A stretch of 51,448 nucleotides of DNA from a virus (taxonomy: Duplodnaviria; Caudoviricetes): IMG/VR virus record IMGVR_UViG_3300012923_000003, positions 1 through 51,448 of that record; one strand, written 5' to 3'. The first letter of the stretch is position 1. Every line of letters begins with the position of its first letter. Both the position numbers and the translations under genes were made by a program. Of the stretch, positions 35,699 to 46,386 are shown one piece after another. Under the pieces are notes generated by a model that had not been told where the DNA came from, searched no databases, and saw only the letters and a list, made by a program, of their open reading frames with translations.

Positions 35699-37287
35699 TA
35701 GTTATATATTCCACCTGATAATGTTGCACCTGCAATACTTCCTGGAAAATAGTTAGCACCGCCACCTGCAGTATCGATTAAACCTAATAGAGATGCATTA
35801 TACCGAGCTCCGGTCGCTGCACCTGAATAAGTATTCCCTTGTGCGAGGATATTACCTCCTTGTGCAACTGCAAATCCTGAAGAAAAGGCAGGTGTTCCTG
35901 TTAAAGTAATTGTTTCACTTTGAACTCCAATTACACCTTGTCCATTAGTGTTGTAGTGAGCAGCTGCACCTCCAGTAATAGTATAACTATCTGTGAAAGC
36001 ATCTACTTCAGCCATGTTGTAAGATCGAATATGAACCCCAGCACATGCTCCAAATACTACATTGCCAACTCTGACATAATTTCCTGCCCCAAGAACATGA
36101 ACACAATCACCACTTGTAGTAGTTTGCATTTTCAAGTTCTTAATCCAAACACTAATTGGAGCACCAGTTTCAAACCATTCGAAACAGTCAGCACTCGTAG
36201 TTGAGATTAACACATTAGAAGGAGTGGCTGCATTTCCTTGAATGATTATACCAAGATAAATACCGCCCACTGGACCTAGATTTGAAACTATCCCACTTGT
36301 GTAAGTTCCATCAGCAAGTTGAATAGTTACGACAAACCCTTGAAGATCCCAGTTTTTAACAATAGTATTCCATGCTTTTTGTAAAGTTTGGAAGGCACCG
36401 CCTGCTCCGGCAGCCAATCCATCATTAGAATCATTACCATTGGTAACATCTACGAAAACAGTAGGACCTCCAGTTAATCTCCATCTGCCTGGATCGGTAT
36501 GTTGCCATACATTATTTTGATTGAAAACAATAGTAGTCTGACCAGGGTAAAGCGTGAAACTTGGACCACCAGTTAAAACTATATTCTTAGCCCTAATACT
36601 ATCTTCATTAACTACAACATTTCTATGTGTAGCAGTTAATCCTGAAGCTGCTGGGAAAGTAAGAGTAAAGAAAGCACTTCCACCTAAAGCTATAGTAGCT
36701 CCATTATCCCCAGTAAGAACAGTATAATTGGCAGATTTAGCTAGACGAACTCCAAATATACCTGAAATAGCTTGAGTAAAAGCTGTAGTAGCTAATTGAG
36801 TTGTATTAGTTCCGGGTGCAGCGGTAGGACCTAAAGGTACTCCAGTAAATGTAGGCGATGCAATATCCGCCTTAAGAATTATTGCAGCATTCTGTGCCGT
36901 TGAAACAGGCTTATTTACATCAGAAGTATTATCAACATTACCTAGACCAACATCTCCTTTGACAAGAGCAAGATTAATCTTAGATTGTGAAATACTAGCT
37001 ACATCTGATAGGTTATTAGACTTAGCCATCGCTCCAGCCAGCGTAGTAGCTGTATTAATATCAACAAGACGAACTGGATCAAAAGATCCACTAGGTTGGG
37101 GAAGATTAATTATTCTATTAGAATTCATATCCAGACTGGCACCCATCTGATTAGGTTGAGTGCCATCTCGAGATAAAGTATTATCTATCCCAAGCTCTAT
37201 GATTTCATTATTGGTATTAATCGCGTTAACCGCGGTAGTTTGATTTGTTAAGTTAACTAGATCAGTTAACGTGATCTTATTTGCCAT
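35698..37287 (-). CDS. Tail fibre / tailspike protein 1
   Basis: Same anchor; VGLGNVDNTSD.NKPVS, SPTFTG.P..PTA, GNDSNDGL; beta-helix-like C-terminus. Confidence 0.85.
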   Translation of the reverse strand: MANKITLTDLVNLTNQTTAVNAINTNNEIIELGIDNTLSRDGTQPNQMGASLDMNSNRIINLPQPSGSFDPVRLVDINTATTLAGAMAKSNNLSDVASISQSKINLALVKGDVGLGNVDNTSDVNKPVSTAQNAAIILKADIASPTFTGVPLGPTAAPGTNTTQLATTAFTQAISGIFGVRLAKSANYTVLTGDNGATIALGGSAFFTLTFPAASGLTATHRNVVVNEDSIRAKNIVLTGGPSFTLYPGQTTIVFNQNNVWQHTDPGRWRLTGGPTVFVDVTNGNDSNDGLAAGAGGAFQTLQKAWNTIVKNWDLQGFVVTIQLADGTYTSGIVSNLGPVGGIYLGIIIQGNAATPSNVLISTTSADCFEWFETGAPISVWIKNLKMQTTTSGDCVHVLGAGNYVRVGNVVFGACAGVHIRSYNMAEVDAFTDSYTITGGAAAHYNTNGQGVIGVQSETITLTGTPAFSSGFAVAQGGNILAQGNTYSGAATGARYNASLLGLIDTAGGGANYFPGSIAGATLSGGIYN

Positions 37288-37291
37288 TTAA

Positions 37292-37549
37292 TTAAGCCGC
37301 ATTACTTAGAGGAGTCCAAGTTGTAGCGCCTGTCGTATTAATATAAACTCTAGTGTTAACACCACCATCAATCCGAATATACATAGAACCTTGCGCTGCT
37401 GTAAAAGTAGGAGCACCAGTTCCCGATGAAATACTCGGTCTTGAAGTGGGAGTAATAACAGCGTTAGTCATTGCATCCCAAGCTACAGAAACACCATCGA
37501 CATTAATCTGATTTCCTGCTTCATCCAAAGTTTTAGTTGAAAGAGCCAT
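37292..37549 (-). CDS. Small virion protein
   Basis: GTGAP...GSMYIR.DG...YIN....W pattern. Confidence 0.65.
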   Translation of the reverse strand: MALSTKTLDEAGNQINVDGVSVAWDAMTNAVITPTSRPSISSGTGAPTFTAAQGSMYIRIDGGVNTRVYINTTGATTWTPLSNAA

Positions 37550-37604
37550 TTATTTTCCTTTCTATGCTTGAGGGAGCATTTAACTCCCTCTCACATATAG
37601 TTTA

Positions 37605-38324
37605 TTACTGACTAATATTGCCGTACAAGGTATACTTGACACGAACCTTAACTAGCCCGTTAGTGAATGCACCTGTCGCAATCGTTGACAAATAAGAATT
37701 ACTCGGAATAGGAGTAATGACATTTGTCACCAAAGGAACAGAACCAATCCAGGAACCACCACCAGCAACGGTGTTAGCAACGCCGCCTTGAATACCAGTG
37801 GCACCGGGTTGGTTCCACGTGGTCTTCACGCCGGACGCTTGCATAGCTGCTGCTGCAGTAGCGCCATTGATGATCTGAACACCTGGATTAGGTGTACATT
37901 GCACGAACGATGGTGAAGCACCCGCAGCCGGTGTGGTCTGCGTGACCAAGCCAACCGCAATGCTAGTGCCACCAGCGGCTGCGATAATCGTATCAAGCTC
38001 TACTTGCTCAATGAAGAGCTGAGTAGTCGTGAACGTTATAACACCGCCAGAGACAGTTGTCACTGGGGTAATTTGCAGTGGGAACTGCGTAGTTAAAGAT
38101 TGAATTCCCGCAGCAATAGCCGTAGTCGTTCCAGAGAACGAGGTCGGTGGAGCTGGAACTTGTAAACCACCTGCACCCATAGCCATGGGAACAAGAGGAA
38201 TTAGATATTCAATCTCGCGATTTTCGCCGTAGACGAGGAAATCGCCTGCGACTTCGGGGATGGCTTTCTGCGTACCATATTGGACGTATAAGCCATCTTG
38301 GTTAAACCATGAACCTGCTACCAT
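37605..38324 (-). CDS. Minor capsid / decoration protein
   Basis: W.NQDGLYV.YG start; immediately after the capsid gene; strong RBS. Confidence 0.7.
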   Translation of the reverse strand: MVAGSWFNQDGLYVQYGTQKAIPEVAGDFLVYGENREIEYLIPLVPMAMGAGGLQVPAPPTSFSGTTTAIAAGIQSLTTQFPLQITPVTTVSGGVITFTTTQLFIEQVELDTIIAAAGGTSIAVGLVTQTTPAAGASPSFVQCTPNPGVQIINGATAAAAMQASGVKTTWNQPGATGIQGGVANTVAGGGSWIGSVPLVTNVITPIPSNSYLSTIATGAFTNGLVKVRVKYTLYGNISQ

Positions 38325-38335
38325 TTCATATCTCC

Positions 38336-39295
38336 TTAGCTTGGAACTGCACTGGTGGCGGTAATCACGGTAACCATGTTTTCAGGCCGGTAAAGCTTGA
38401 AACCATATTCCGCAATGGTGAGGTATTCCTCCTGTAGCAAGTCCTTATTGAACTCACTATAGACAGTGGGCATCTGACGAAAGCCACCAATCCACGGTGT
38501 AGTATCACCAGGGGTTGCAGAGAAGAAATAGTTGCATACGCCACCACTTACTGCAACACTATTGATCGTTTCCGAAGCAATAGGTGGCAGGTAGTTCGAG
38601 ACGTAGATATCAAACCCATAGACATTGAAACGGAATTTAAAGCCCGTTACAATACCATCACGAGTTACATCTCCCCACATAGGCATGGGTGAGAGTAAGT
38701 TCACAAGGTTAGCTTGAGTTTGAAGAGTATATGCAACTGAAGGATCAACAACACAACAGAGATTGACCAAGGGCACATTAGCCTTGGTTAATGCATACTG
38801 TGCACGAGCAAAGTCAGTCAATGCGATTGATTGGCCAGTGCCACTTGCCACCCAACGATGGTCAGCGAGGTTGATGATATTAGGATTGCCGGCAGTTTGT
38901 CCTGCATTCGCCATAGCGAAGATGCGAGATTCCACGGCCTCCATTAACGCCCGATGTTGCCGTGGCACGAATGCCGCAATCACATCAGATGAGTAGAAAC
39001 TATCTCTCTTGAACTTTTCGCTAATCGAATGAGCAGCATACTTGTATTGATCGAATGAGAACTGGAAGTTACCAGTATCCATTGCGTTATACTTGACCGC
39101 CTGATTTTCTGTAAAATCTAGCGTTTCTGCTTCACCGATAGACGGAATGTTAATTGTATAGCCATCTGGGAAGTCTTGGATAATCTTGACAAACTTCATA
39201 GCATTCAATTCATCGAGAAGAAGTTCCTTGATCTGACGTGACCAAAGTTGACTCCTTACGAGATATTGATTAGTGGCGTCGGTAAAACCTGCCAT
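38336..39295 (-). CDS. Major capsid protein
   Basis: LVRSQLWS...DFPDG.TINIPSIG...YGFKLYRPEN; portal-scaffold-capsid order; RBS AAGGAG. Confidence 0.92.
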   Translation of the reverse strand: MAGFTDATNQYLVRSQLWSRQIKELLLDELNAMKFVKIIQDFPDGYTINIPSIGEAETLDFTENQAVKYNAMDTGNFQFSFDQYKYAAHSISEKFKRDSFYSSDVIAAFVPRQHRALMEAVESRIFAMANAGQTAGNPNIINLADHRWVASGTGQSIALTDFARAQYALTKANVPLVNLCCVVDPSVAYTLQTQANLVNLLSPMPMWGDVTRDGIVTGFKFRFNVYGFDIYVSNYLPPIASETINSVAVSGGVCNYFFSATPGDTTPWIGGFRQMPTVYSEFNKDLLQEEYLTIAEYGFKLYRPENMVTVITATSAVPS

Positions 39296-39350
39296 AATGA
39301 AGTCTCCTTAAGGCTTATTTTCCGAAAAGGAAAATAGCCGTAGATTATAA

Positions 39351-40103
39351 TTAATCCTCAGGCATACCGAATGCAGCACCTAATTCGATGGCATCGTTAT
39401 GCATTTGGATCGCGATTTTAGGGTCTAGATACGCTCTTGGATCTCTTTTATTTAATTCCTGATAATAGTTCCAATCCCGCTTCTGCACTGTGGGAGCGAA
39501 TCTGTCAGTTCGCAAGCTAGAGCGCGGTGGAGCTACATTAGTAGACTGTCTAGTTTCATCTAATCCGAATGTCCTGATAAAGACAGAGGGATGAGATTTA
39601 GCCAGATCGTCAGTAAAAGCTTGATCTAAGCCTAGTGTATCCATACGTTGTTTGAGAACTTCTGAAGCTTTATCTCCAAATTGTTCCCTTAGTTTTGCCT
39701 TAATCATATTGAAGTTTTCAGTCTGTTTAATCAGCTTCTCACGTGCTGTGAGCTTCTGTTCCAGAATGGAATCAATATCTTCAGGTTTAATCGATGGCTT
39801 GGTTTCTTCCACGGGGGTGATTGTGGTCTGTTCCGGGTTAGCGAGAAGTTTCTCTTGTCGAGCTATTAATTCTTCTAACGAGGCCTTCGCTGTAGCTTCT
39901 TCTCTTAATTTAAGATAATCTCCCCGAATGTTGTCGAAGCGGGCATTTTGTGTCTTAATAAAAAGATCGGACTCTACCTTTGCTGCTAAGAGCTCTTCTT
40001 TGGATTTGTCTTTCCATTTATTGAAGAGTTCGTCGCGTGTTTGCTGTTGCAAACTTTCGTTGGTTTGGTCAACCGGTACGTTGTCTAATAGGCTGTCGGC
40101 CAT
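39351..40103 (-). CDS. Capsid scaffolding protein
   Basis: Coiled-coil, acidic; directly upstream of the capsid gene. Confidence 0.8.
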   Translation of the reverse strand: MADSLLDNVPVDQTNESLQQQTRDELFNKWKDKSKEELLAAKVESDLFIKTQNARFDNIRGDYLKLREEATAKASLEELIARQEKLLANPEQTTITPVEETKPSIKPEDIDSILEQKLTAREKLIKQTENFNMIKAKLREQFGDKASEVLKQRMDTLGLDQAFTDDLAKSHPSVFIRTFGLDETRQSTNVAPPRSSLRTDRFAPTVQKRDWNYYQELNKRDPRAYLDPKIAIQMHNDAIELGAAFGMPED

Positions 40104-40365
40104 TATCTGTTTCCTTTTGGTCTAGGTTTATAAGTTTGGACACCATTCTTAAAGCAGCTTTAAAACCATTGGTGTGAGCTTGCTTATAGTCCCAATTAGG
40201 TGTCTCATATATCTTAGGACTTATTTCTGAAGCCTCAAGGGCTACTTTCTCTTCATCTAAGAGTTGCTGCAATCGATCTAAAACATGTCGGGCAGCTTTT
40301 AGACTCTTAGTAAATTTCTCTTTGTCTTCCTCAGTCTTTAAATGCTTGGTCCAAGCAGTTATCAT
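40069..40365 (-). CDS. Conserved head-module hypothetical protein
   Basis: W...YETPNWDYKQA..NG; between portal and scaffold. Confidence 0.75.
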   Translation of the reverse strand: MITAWTKHLKTEEDKEKFTKSLKAARHVLDRLQQLLDEEKVALEASEISPKIYETPNWDYKQAHTNGFKAALRMVSKLINLDQKETDNGRQPIRQRTG

Positions 40366-40577
40366 TAGTTAGGTGTTCCTGTTCGTTTCACTGGAGTATC
40401 AGATCTCTTTGCTTGTTCCTTCGTTAACGAACCTGGACCTGATGCCTGACTAAGATCAGACCATGTATTTGGAGTCCCAGGAGGTATGATGGGAAGTACA
40501 TCTCCCGCGTACTGTTCAGTAGCTTTAGGTACGTTGTGGATTGGATGATCTTCCTGTTGCATTTGTAAATCAGACAT
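40365..40577 (-). CDS. Hypothetical protein
   Basis: TAATG coupling on both sides. Confidence 0.6.
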   Translation of the reverse strand: MSDLQMQQEDHPIHNVPKATEQYAGDVLPIIPPGTPNTWSDLSQASGPGSLTKEQAKRSDTPVKRTGTPN

Positions 40578-42460
40578 TATTGAGTTCCTAAAGTTCCAGT
40601 TGGAGTTGCATTGGCTGGAGGATTACGTTGCAACCCTAAACCAGGGCGAGCTGGAGTCTGGGGAGGTGGCGGAGAGAATTGACCTTGAGTGTTGGTATCA
40701 TAATCATGTCCAATTCCGGTAGCAGTTCCCATCTCCTGGTGAAGTTGTTCTTGAAGAGCCTGGACCATTCGTTGTCCATCAGCTTGTTCAGCGAGAGCAA
40801 TGTAGGGAGTGACTGCTCGATAATCTTTGAGGTCGAAGACAGACTCGAGTATCTTTGCAAGTGTAACCCCGGAGAAGTGAGGTTGGACAGTAGCCCATAG
40901 ATTTGAACCTGTGAGGGCCGTGAGATTTTGGACGAGTTCAGCTTGTTCAGCAAAGTGTCGTGCTCCAATTGGCTTAATTCGACCAACTCCTGTGATGTCA
41001 TCGACTGTAAGCGTTTGGAACGTGGTAGCATTGAGATCATTATCAAATACCTTTATGGTAAGTGCCCCTGATAAGTTCCTACGAGCTAACTCAAGCATGT
41101 AGTTAAGTAGCATTTCCAGAACTTGTTCAGAGAACTGGTTAATCTTATTTTGAAATAGACGGGAGCTGGCATTCTCTAGACGCTGTACTTCGTACTTTGT
41201 CTTTTCACCCGGGGACCGAATGCCCATCGCCTCACGGGGAGCTCCCGCCATTTCTTCCATCTGCATTTGAATCTTTTCGATCTTCATGTCAGATTGCATA
41301 ATTTGTACTTCAGGTTGGACTAGTTCGACATCCCCTTCTTCAGAAACGAAGATCTTTTCACCTGGTTGCCAGACATATTCTTCTACGAAACCTTTTACCT
41401 TTTGCACTGGGTATGTAACCAAATCCCAGATATCTGCGGCCATATTTTCAATATGGTCCATGCGATATTGCATACCAACAAGATTGGCTAATGGACCCAT
41501 ACCCCAGAGATTATCTTGTTTACGGCGCCAAGGAGAGTGGACAATCGGGGGATAGCCAAAGAAAGACGGATTAGGTTTATTCTCGATCAGCTTGTGTCGA
41601 TCGACCACCGTAATAACACGATTCTTTTCAAAGACATCCGTATAAGGATCGTACCAATCTCCATAGAAAGTTAAGACCTCTACCATATCGGATATTAAAT
41701 AAGCTCGGAAGTTAGTGAAACCATCCATGGCATAGAGACGATCCTTTTGGATCCAATCTCCTTCAAATTGCCGAGCATGGAATCTAATCTTTTTTAAGTA
41801 TTCATATAGGGCTTCATACTCAGCTAAGTTCTCATCATTAGACATTCTATTCAATAAATCCTTTAGTTCACCTAGAGAGATTAGGGAACGGATGATTTTA
41901 GGAGATTGGATGAAATTCTCAGCAGTAGGGTTGAATACTATATCTAGAGGACTAATGCGACGAACGGCAGGACCAACATAGCCAGCTTGAGTTTTATCAG
42001 TTTGTTCTACTCTTTGATCTACCCATTCGACAGTACCAAAACAGTTACCGAAGTCGATGTAGTCTTGGATGATCTTTTCCATCTCAGACTTAAAGGTAGG
42101 TTGTTCAATTACCCAGGACATATAGTTGATGATGGAATCACGCTTTTCTACATCAGCAGCATCTTCATTCTCAGGTTCCCAAACTAGCCACTTCCGCTTG
42201 GGAAACAGTGTGGCGATGTAGTTGGCAAATAGGTTGTCACGGATTTGGCAAAGTTTAGGGACTGTCGTCTTATTCTTCCAAGGAAGGGAGGCATTTGAAG
42301 TCTGGGTAGTATCCGTTGCATAGACATAACGTCTTATCTCTTCCCAATCATTCTTGGCTACCTGACGTAAAGTATCCCATTGAATATATCGTTCTGTAAG
42401 TCTAGTTGCGAGAAGATCCGGAGAGATGACATTCTCGAGGGCCATTACCTTCCCAGTCAT
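40577..42460 (-). CDS. Portal protein
   Basis: LPWKNKTT.PKLCQIRDNL, RISPLDIVFNP, MGPL.NLVGMQYR, GIRSPGEKT; follows TerL. Confidence 0.92.
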   Translation of the reverse strand: MTGKVMALENVISPDLLATRLTERYIQWDTLRQVAKNDWEEIRRYVYATDTTQTSNASLPWKNKTTVPKLCQIRDNLFANYIATLFPKRKWLVWEPENEDAADVEKRDSIINYMSWVIEQPTFKSEMEKIIQDYIDFGNCFGTVEWVDQRVEQTDKTQAGYVGPAVRRISPLDIVFNPTAENFIQSPKIIRSLISLGELKDLLNRMSNDENLAEYEALYEYLKKIRFHARQFEGDWIQKDRLYAMDGFTNFRAYLISDMVEVLTFYGDWYDPYTDVFEKNRVITVVDRHKLIENKPNPSFFGYPPIVHSPWRRKQDNLWGMGPLANLVGMQYRMDHIENMAADIWDLVTYPVQKVKGFVEEYVWQPGEKIFVSEEGDVELVQPEVQIMQSDMKIEKIQMQMEEMAGAPREAMGIRSPGEKTKYEVQRLENASSRLFQNKINQFSEQVLEMLLNYMLELARRNLSGALTIKVFDNDLNATTFQTLTVDDITGVGRIKPIGARHFAEQAELVQNLTALTGSNLWATVQPHFSGVTLAKILESVFDLKDYRAVTPYIALAEQADGQRMVQALQEQLHQEMGTATGIGHDYDTNTQGQFSPPPPQTPARPGLGLQRNPPANATPTGTLGTQ

Positions 42461-44022
42461 GCCACTCCGCCCCAACGGGAGTGGAAGGTGAATTCAGGTA
42501 CTTTAGTTTTACTCATTCTATAATAATCTATTGGAGGTACTGCGAAGTCTATTACAGATGCTAAAGCATCTTTGACATCGTCATGGGCAGGATTGCTATA
42601 AATTAATTCTTCTTCTAAGACCTGGCAATTACCACTAGGATAGTGCCATATCTGTCTGTTCGCGTAACGCGGTTCTAACACCGAGAAGATCCTTTCTTCT
42701 TTTGAACCTTGCCATCTACTAGGACGATATTCATCTATAGCCAGGGAGAGACCATTGCGTCGGATGTAGTTTTCTTTTAAATCTTCGACAATGACTTTCT
42801 GCGCAACTGAAACCTCACATCTAATCTTTCTGAAACCCCACTTATCGTATAACTTTAATATATGATTGAAATATTCAGAAACTCTATCAGTCTTAAAACG
42901 GTCTATTTCCAAAATGTAATAATTGTGAAAACTATCAGTACCAAGAACGACAATACTAGTGAAATCAGACTTCTTACCTGTAGAGTAGGCAAAGTCCACT
43001 GAGGCACATACATTAAGACGTTCTCTTTTGAAGAACCAATGATGGTCCCTTTTGGTAAGATAATTCTGGTCATAGTACTGGAATAAGTCCCTTTGGATGG
43101 GTGAATTATCCACATCGTGGGGATCGTTATAATACTGTGCCCTAAAATGGATTTTATTGAGATATTGCGCTCTTTTAGTGGCGAGGATATCGGCGTCAAA
43201 ACCAAACCATTTGCCATCTGATCGCCGTTGACGAGGCCAGAGAAACTGTCCAGAACCATCGCCTGCTGTTTCAACCGGGTATTCTTTGCTTTCAAACAAA
43301 GAGACTGAAGCTTTTTTATCTCCGTTTTCGTCATATTCATCTATTTCCATTTCGAGTAAACTTGAATACAGATCCTTGGGATGGTATCGAGTCCCAACCA
43401 CCCACTCTCGGGCATTCACAGTTTCAATAGAGGATAAATAAGAATATTGATCTATTACCTTTTGTCGTCCTTCTTCGAGGTATGCGTTACTTTGAACCAC
43501 CACGTCATCAAGGACGGCAATATCGCAATGCATACCAACAATGTTACTAGTAAGTCCAGCAGTGAAAATTGAGGGATCACGAATTGACTCTTCTCTACGT
43601 TTGGGGTGATCTAGGGATATTTCCCGTTCAGTCCACTTCTCTCGTTTAGCTTCATCTTTGATAACCATATCGGGCCAGTAAAGCCGATATATGTCATCTG
43701 TAAAGATATCTTTGATAAACTTCAATTGCTTGGTAGCAAGATTAGAAGTAGACGAAATATAGAGAACTCTTAGCGTAGGATCTTTAGTTAACTCCCAAGC
43801 AACTCTATAAGCAATTAGAGCTGACTTCATGTGGTCTCTAGGTAGTAAAAGTAGTTGGTGAGATTTAGCACCATTAGAAGTCCACCAATGAATTACTTCT
43901 CGGTGGATATTACCTAATAGACGTTTTGGATGAACTAATTCAATGAACTTTTCTAAAGAGCTTTCAGCTAATTTACGCCGTTCATCTCTAGTCTTTTGTA
44001 TCTCGGATTTAGGCTTTTTCAT
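42457..44022 (-). CDS. terL: Terminase large subunit
   Basis: LPRDHMKS, AVLDD, GTRYH, VDFAYS, HDDVKDA. Confidence 0.95.
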   Translation of the reverse strand: MKKPKSEIQKTRDERRKLAESSLEKFIELVHPKRLLGNIHREVIHWWTSNGAKSHQLLLLPRDHMKSALIAYRVAWELTKDPTLRVLYISSTSNLATKQLKFIKDIFTDDIYRLYWPDMVIKDEAKREKWTEREISLDHPKRREESIRDPSIFTAGLTSNIVGMHCDIAVLDDVVVQSNAYLEEGRQKVIDQYSYLSSIETVNAREWVVGTRYHPKDLYSSLLEMEIDEYDENGDKKASVSLFESKEYPVETAGDGSGQFLWPRQRRSDGKWFGFDADILATKRAQYLNKIHFRAQYYNDPHDVDNSPIQRDLFQYYDQNYLTKRDHHWFFKRERLNVCASVDFAYSTGKKSDFTSIVVLGTDSFHNYYILEIDRFKTDRVSEYFNHILKLYDKWGFRKIRCEVSVAQKVIVEDLKENYIRRNGLSLAIDEYRPSRWQGSKEERIFSVLEPRYANRQIWHYPSGNCQVLEEELIYSNPAHDDVKDALASVIDFAVPPIDYYRMSKTKVPEFTFHSRWGGVA

Positions 44023-44540
44023 CTGGCTGTCATTGGTCCTGTAGTAGCCAAGAAAGGCAGAGAATGTATTGGAACGGCCCCGCCTGAAAAGGGAACATAA
44101 TTTAGAGTAACTGGAATACCATTTACAATATAAGTCCCCTTATTTGCTAGTATAGATAAAGCTACTGGATTTGCCTCTGCATTTCCAGTAAGTGTAAATG
44201 TTCCTTTAACAGCCTGGATAGTTTTAGCAAAATTTACATTTTGAGCTATGCCATTAACTATATAGGTTCCTTTTACAGTATTCATAATTCTTCCCACCGG
44301 AAGAGTTACTGATATACCATTAACTACAAAACTACCTTGTGCAGCATTAATCTTAATACCTCTATTAAGAGTTATATTCTTACCAGATACTATATAAGTA
44401 CCTTGTGAAGTTGAAATAGACCTAGAACTATTAAGCGCTGCTGCAATTCCACTGACTATAAATGTACCTTGACTTGCAGATAAGGTAAATGAGGTTCCCG
44501 TTCCTCCACTGCCACTTGCAAATAGAAGTAAAAGAGACAT
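44019..44540 (-). CDS. 22-aa repeat protein (putative virion fibre)
   Basis: Six repeats of xx[QK]G[TS][FY]xxxG. Confidence 0.7.
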   Translation of the reverse strand: MSLLLLFASGSGGTGTSFTLSASQGTFIVSGIAAALNSSRSISTSQGTYIVSGKNITLNRGIKINAAQGSFVVNGISVTLPVGRIMNTVKGTYIVNGIAQNVNFAKTIQAVKGTFTLTGNAEANPVALSILANKGTYIVNGIPVTLNYVPFSGGAVPIHSLPFLATTGPMTAR

Positions 44541-44541
44541 C

Positions 44542-44769
44542 TTAACTTAGTGATAGAGGTGTAATCGGCTGTGCTTTTTCGTAGGCTTGTTCATCTGCAA
44601 TGGTTTTTGCTACAATAGTATTGGCCCAATTTAATAATACCTGGACATTCGTTTGTCCCGGAGATCCAAGTGAAATAAGCCATCGATTTGCATCTGTTTC
44701 AGAAAAAGTATAAGTTTTGGTAAGTGTACCAGTAGCGATGCTAGTAAATTGAAAAGTTAAGGTCGCCAT
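44542..44769 (-). CDS. Hypothetical protein
   Basis: RBS GGAGG. Confidence 0.65.
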   Translation of the reverse strand: MATLTFQFTSIATGTLTKTYTFSETDANRWLISLGSPGQTNVQVLLNWANTIVAKTIADEQAYEKAQPITPLSLS

Positions 44770-46386
44770 TTATGCCTCCAATGCCAACGAAAATAAGAAA
44801 TGTCCGATGCCTGCATATGGCTGTGAACAATATAAAATCCCTAGCTTCGTTGCACCATCAAACATATAATTCATTGTTAAACGATTGCCAGTTACACTTG
44901 AACTATTTAAACCAGGATAACGTAAATATGTTTCACCAAATAATGTACCGGATACAACATCGAACCGATGAAAGCGTTGTTGAGGATTCCAAACCTGGCC
45001 TGAAACCAAGCCTAGCCCAGTAATATGAAAAAATTTACCTCCTAATGTTACTGGATCGTAAACTCCACAACTTGCAATCGCGGCATTATAAAGGCTATTG
45101 GAAAATCCAAAAATAGTAGCTCCATTAGTCCACGTCCCCGTAGCCGCTGCAGTCATATCAAAAAAATCCACATTACCACCATTACCTCGAAATAACCAAA
45201 ATTGTCCTTGAAGACGATTACCAGTGGGATCTCGCGTAATGCCAAAACATGGAATAAACATTGCTCCGTTTGAAACTGCATTACCTGCGGCAGAAAATGT
45301 AGTCGTATCCCAAGTATTAGCTCCAATATTGTAAGTATAAGTACTTGCACTCGATCCAGTACGCACAATAATACGATCATTATTCTGCTCAAGTACAAAT
45401 TTCGTGACATTGGCTGTTGGTGCAAATGTCATAGTTGGCACAGTAAAAGTCGGAGTATTGCCGGAAGTATGAGATGTGATATTATAACGAGCACCAACAT
45501 TAGTTGGATTAGTTGTATCTTCAACTACTCGAATTTGGAAATTACGATATTCATTAGTAAATAAACTAGGAGTTGATGGATTAGTCAATGCATTAGCAAT
45601 AATAGTTGTGGTCGTTCCTCCCGATGCTGTAAAACATTTATTAATAGTATTATTATAAGTCGATCCATTGTCAATGAAACCGTCTCCAGGATTACGATCG
45701 TTAGAAACATAAAGTTCGCACAATGGAATGCCTTTAGCATCTGTCGTTGTAGCAAAATTGGTAGTTGAAAGTGTTCCTGTTGCAGCGGTTAAAATATCAA
45801 AACTCTTATAACTTCCCCCAGCCTGTGCTCCATAAATTTTGCCTGAAAGAAATTCGTAAGCATCTCCACTAGCTGGAGTAAATGTTAATGCAGGTGTAAA
45901 ATTAATAGTCGGGGTAGTGCCTGATGTATTCGCGGTAACTGTAACTTCTTCGGTCTTTCCTGATGCAGCCGCTGAATTACCAATTATTTTTAAACGATAC
46001 CCAACTCCATCTCCACGATTAGTAAGTTGATTGGCCCCGACTGACGCTGGCAATGCTGTCGATAACACAACACTTGTTGTAGTCGCGCCTGTTGTAATAG
46101 TTCCACGCGGTCCTTGTTGCGGATGAAATACTTGAAATGAACCATTACCAAGAGAAATAGGATTAACAAAAGCGTTATTCCATTCATCAAGAATAGGATT
46201 ATAAGTAGATATAGTCGCCGGACCAGCGCCACTCAGAAAAATCTGTGGAATTCGAGTTGTATTATTCCGAAGATCAGAAAGTATATCATGATAAAAAAGT
46301 TGTGTCGGACCTTGCATCAACGGTGGCGAACAGGGTGCCCAAAGCGGTTTATCTAATCCAGGTTTAAAATTGATTGTAGTGCTCAT
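44770..46386 (-). CDS. Beta-rich putative virion/receptor-binding protein
   Basis: T/G/N-rich; kelch-like Y...N.W elements; ATGA coupling at 46386. Confidence 0.65.
   Translation of the reverse strand: MSTTINFKPGLDKPLWAPCSPPLMQGPTQLFYHDILSDLRNNTTRIPQIFLSGAGPATISTYNPILDEWNNAFVNPISLGNGSFQVFHPQQGPRGTITTGATTTSVVLSTALPASVGANQLTNRGDGVGYRLKIIGNSAAASGKTEEVTVTANTSGTTPTINFTPALTFTPASGDAYEFLSGKIYGAQAGGSYKSFDILTAATGTLSTTNFATTTDAKGIPLCELYVSNDRNPGDGFIDNGSTYNNTINKCFTASGGTTTTIIANALTNPSTPSLFTNEYRNFQIRVVEDTTNPTNVGARYNITSHTSGNTPTFTVPTMTFAPTANVTKFVLEQNNDRIIVRTGSSASTYTYNIGANTWDTTTFSAAGNAVSNGAMFIPCFGITRDPTGNRLQGQFWLFRGNGGNVDFFDMTAAATGTWTNGATIFGFSNSLYNAAIASCGVYDPVTLGGKFFHITGLGLVSGQVWNPQQRFHRFDVVSGTLFGETYLRYPGLNSSSVTGNRLTMNYMFDGATKLGILYCSQPYAGIGHFLFSLALEA

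Noticed and set aside
37570-37590. Terminator after the minor capsid gene
   Set aside because: Hairpin present but no U tract on the coding (-) strand; more likely a stability or processing hairpin, as at 39312-39339.
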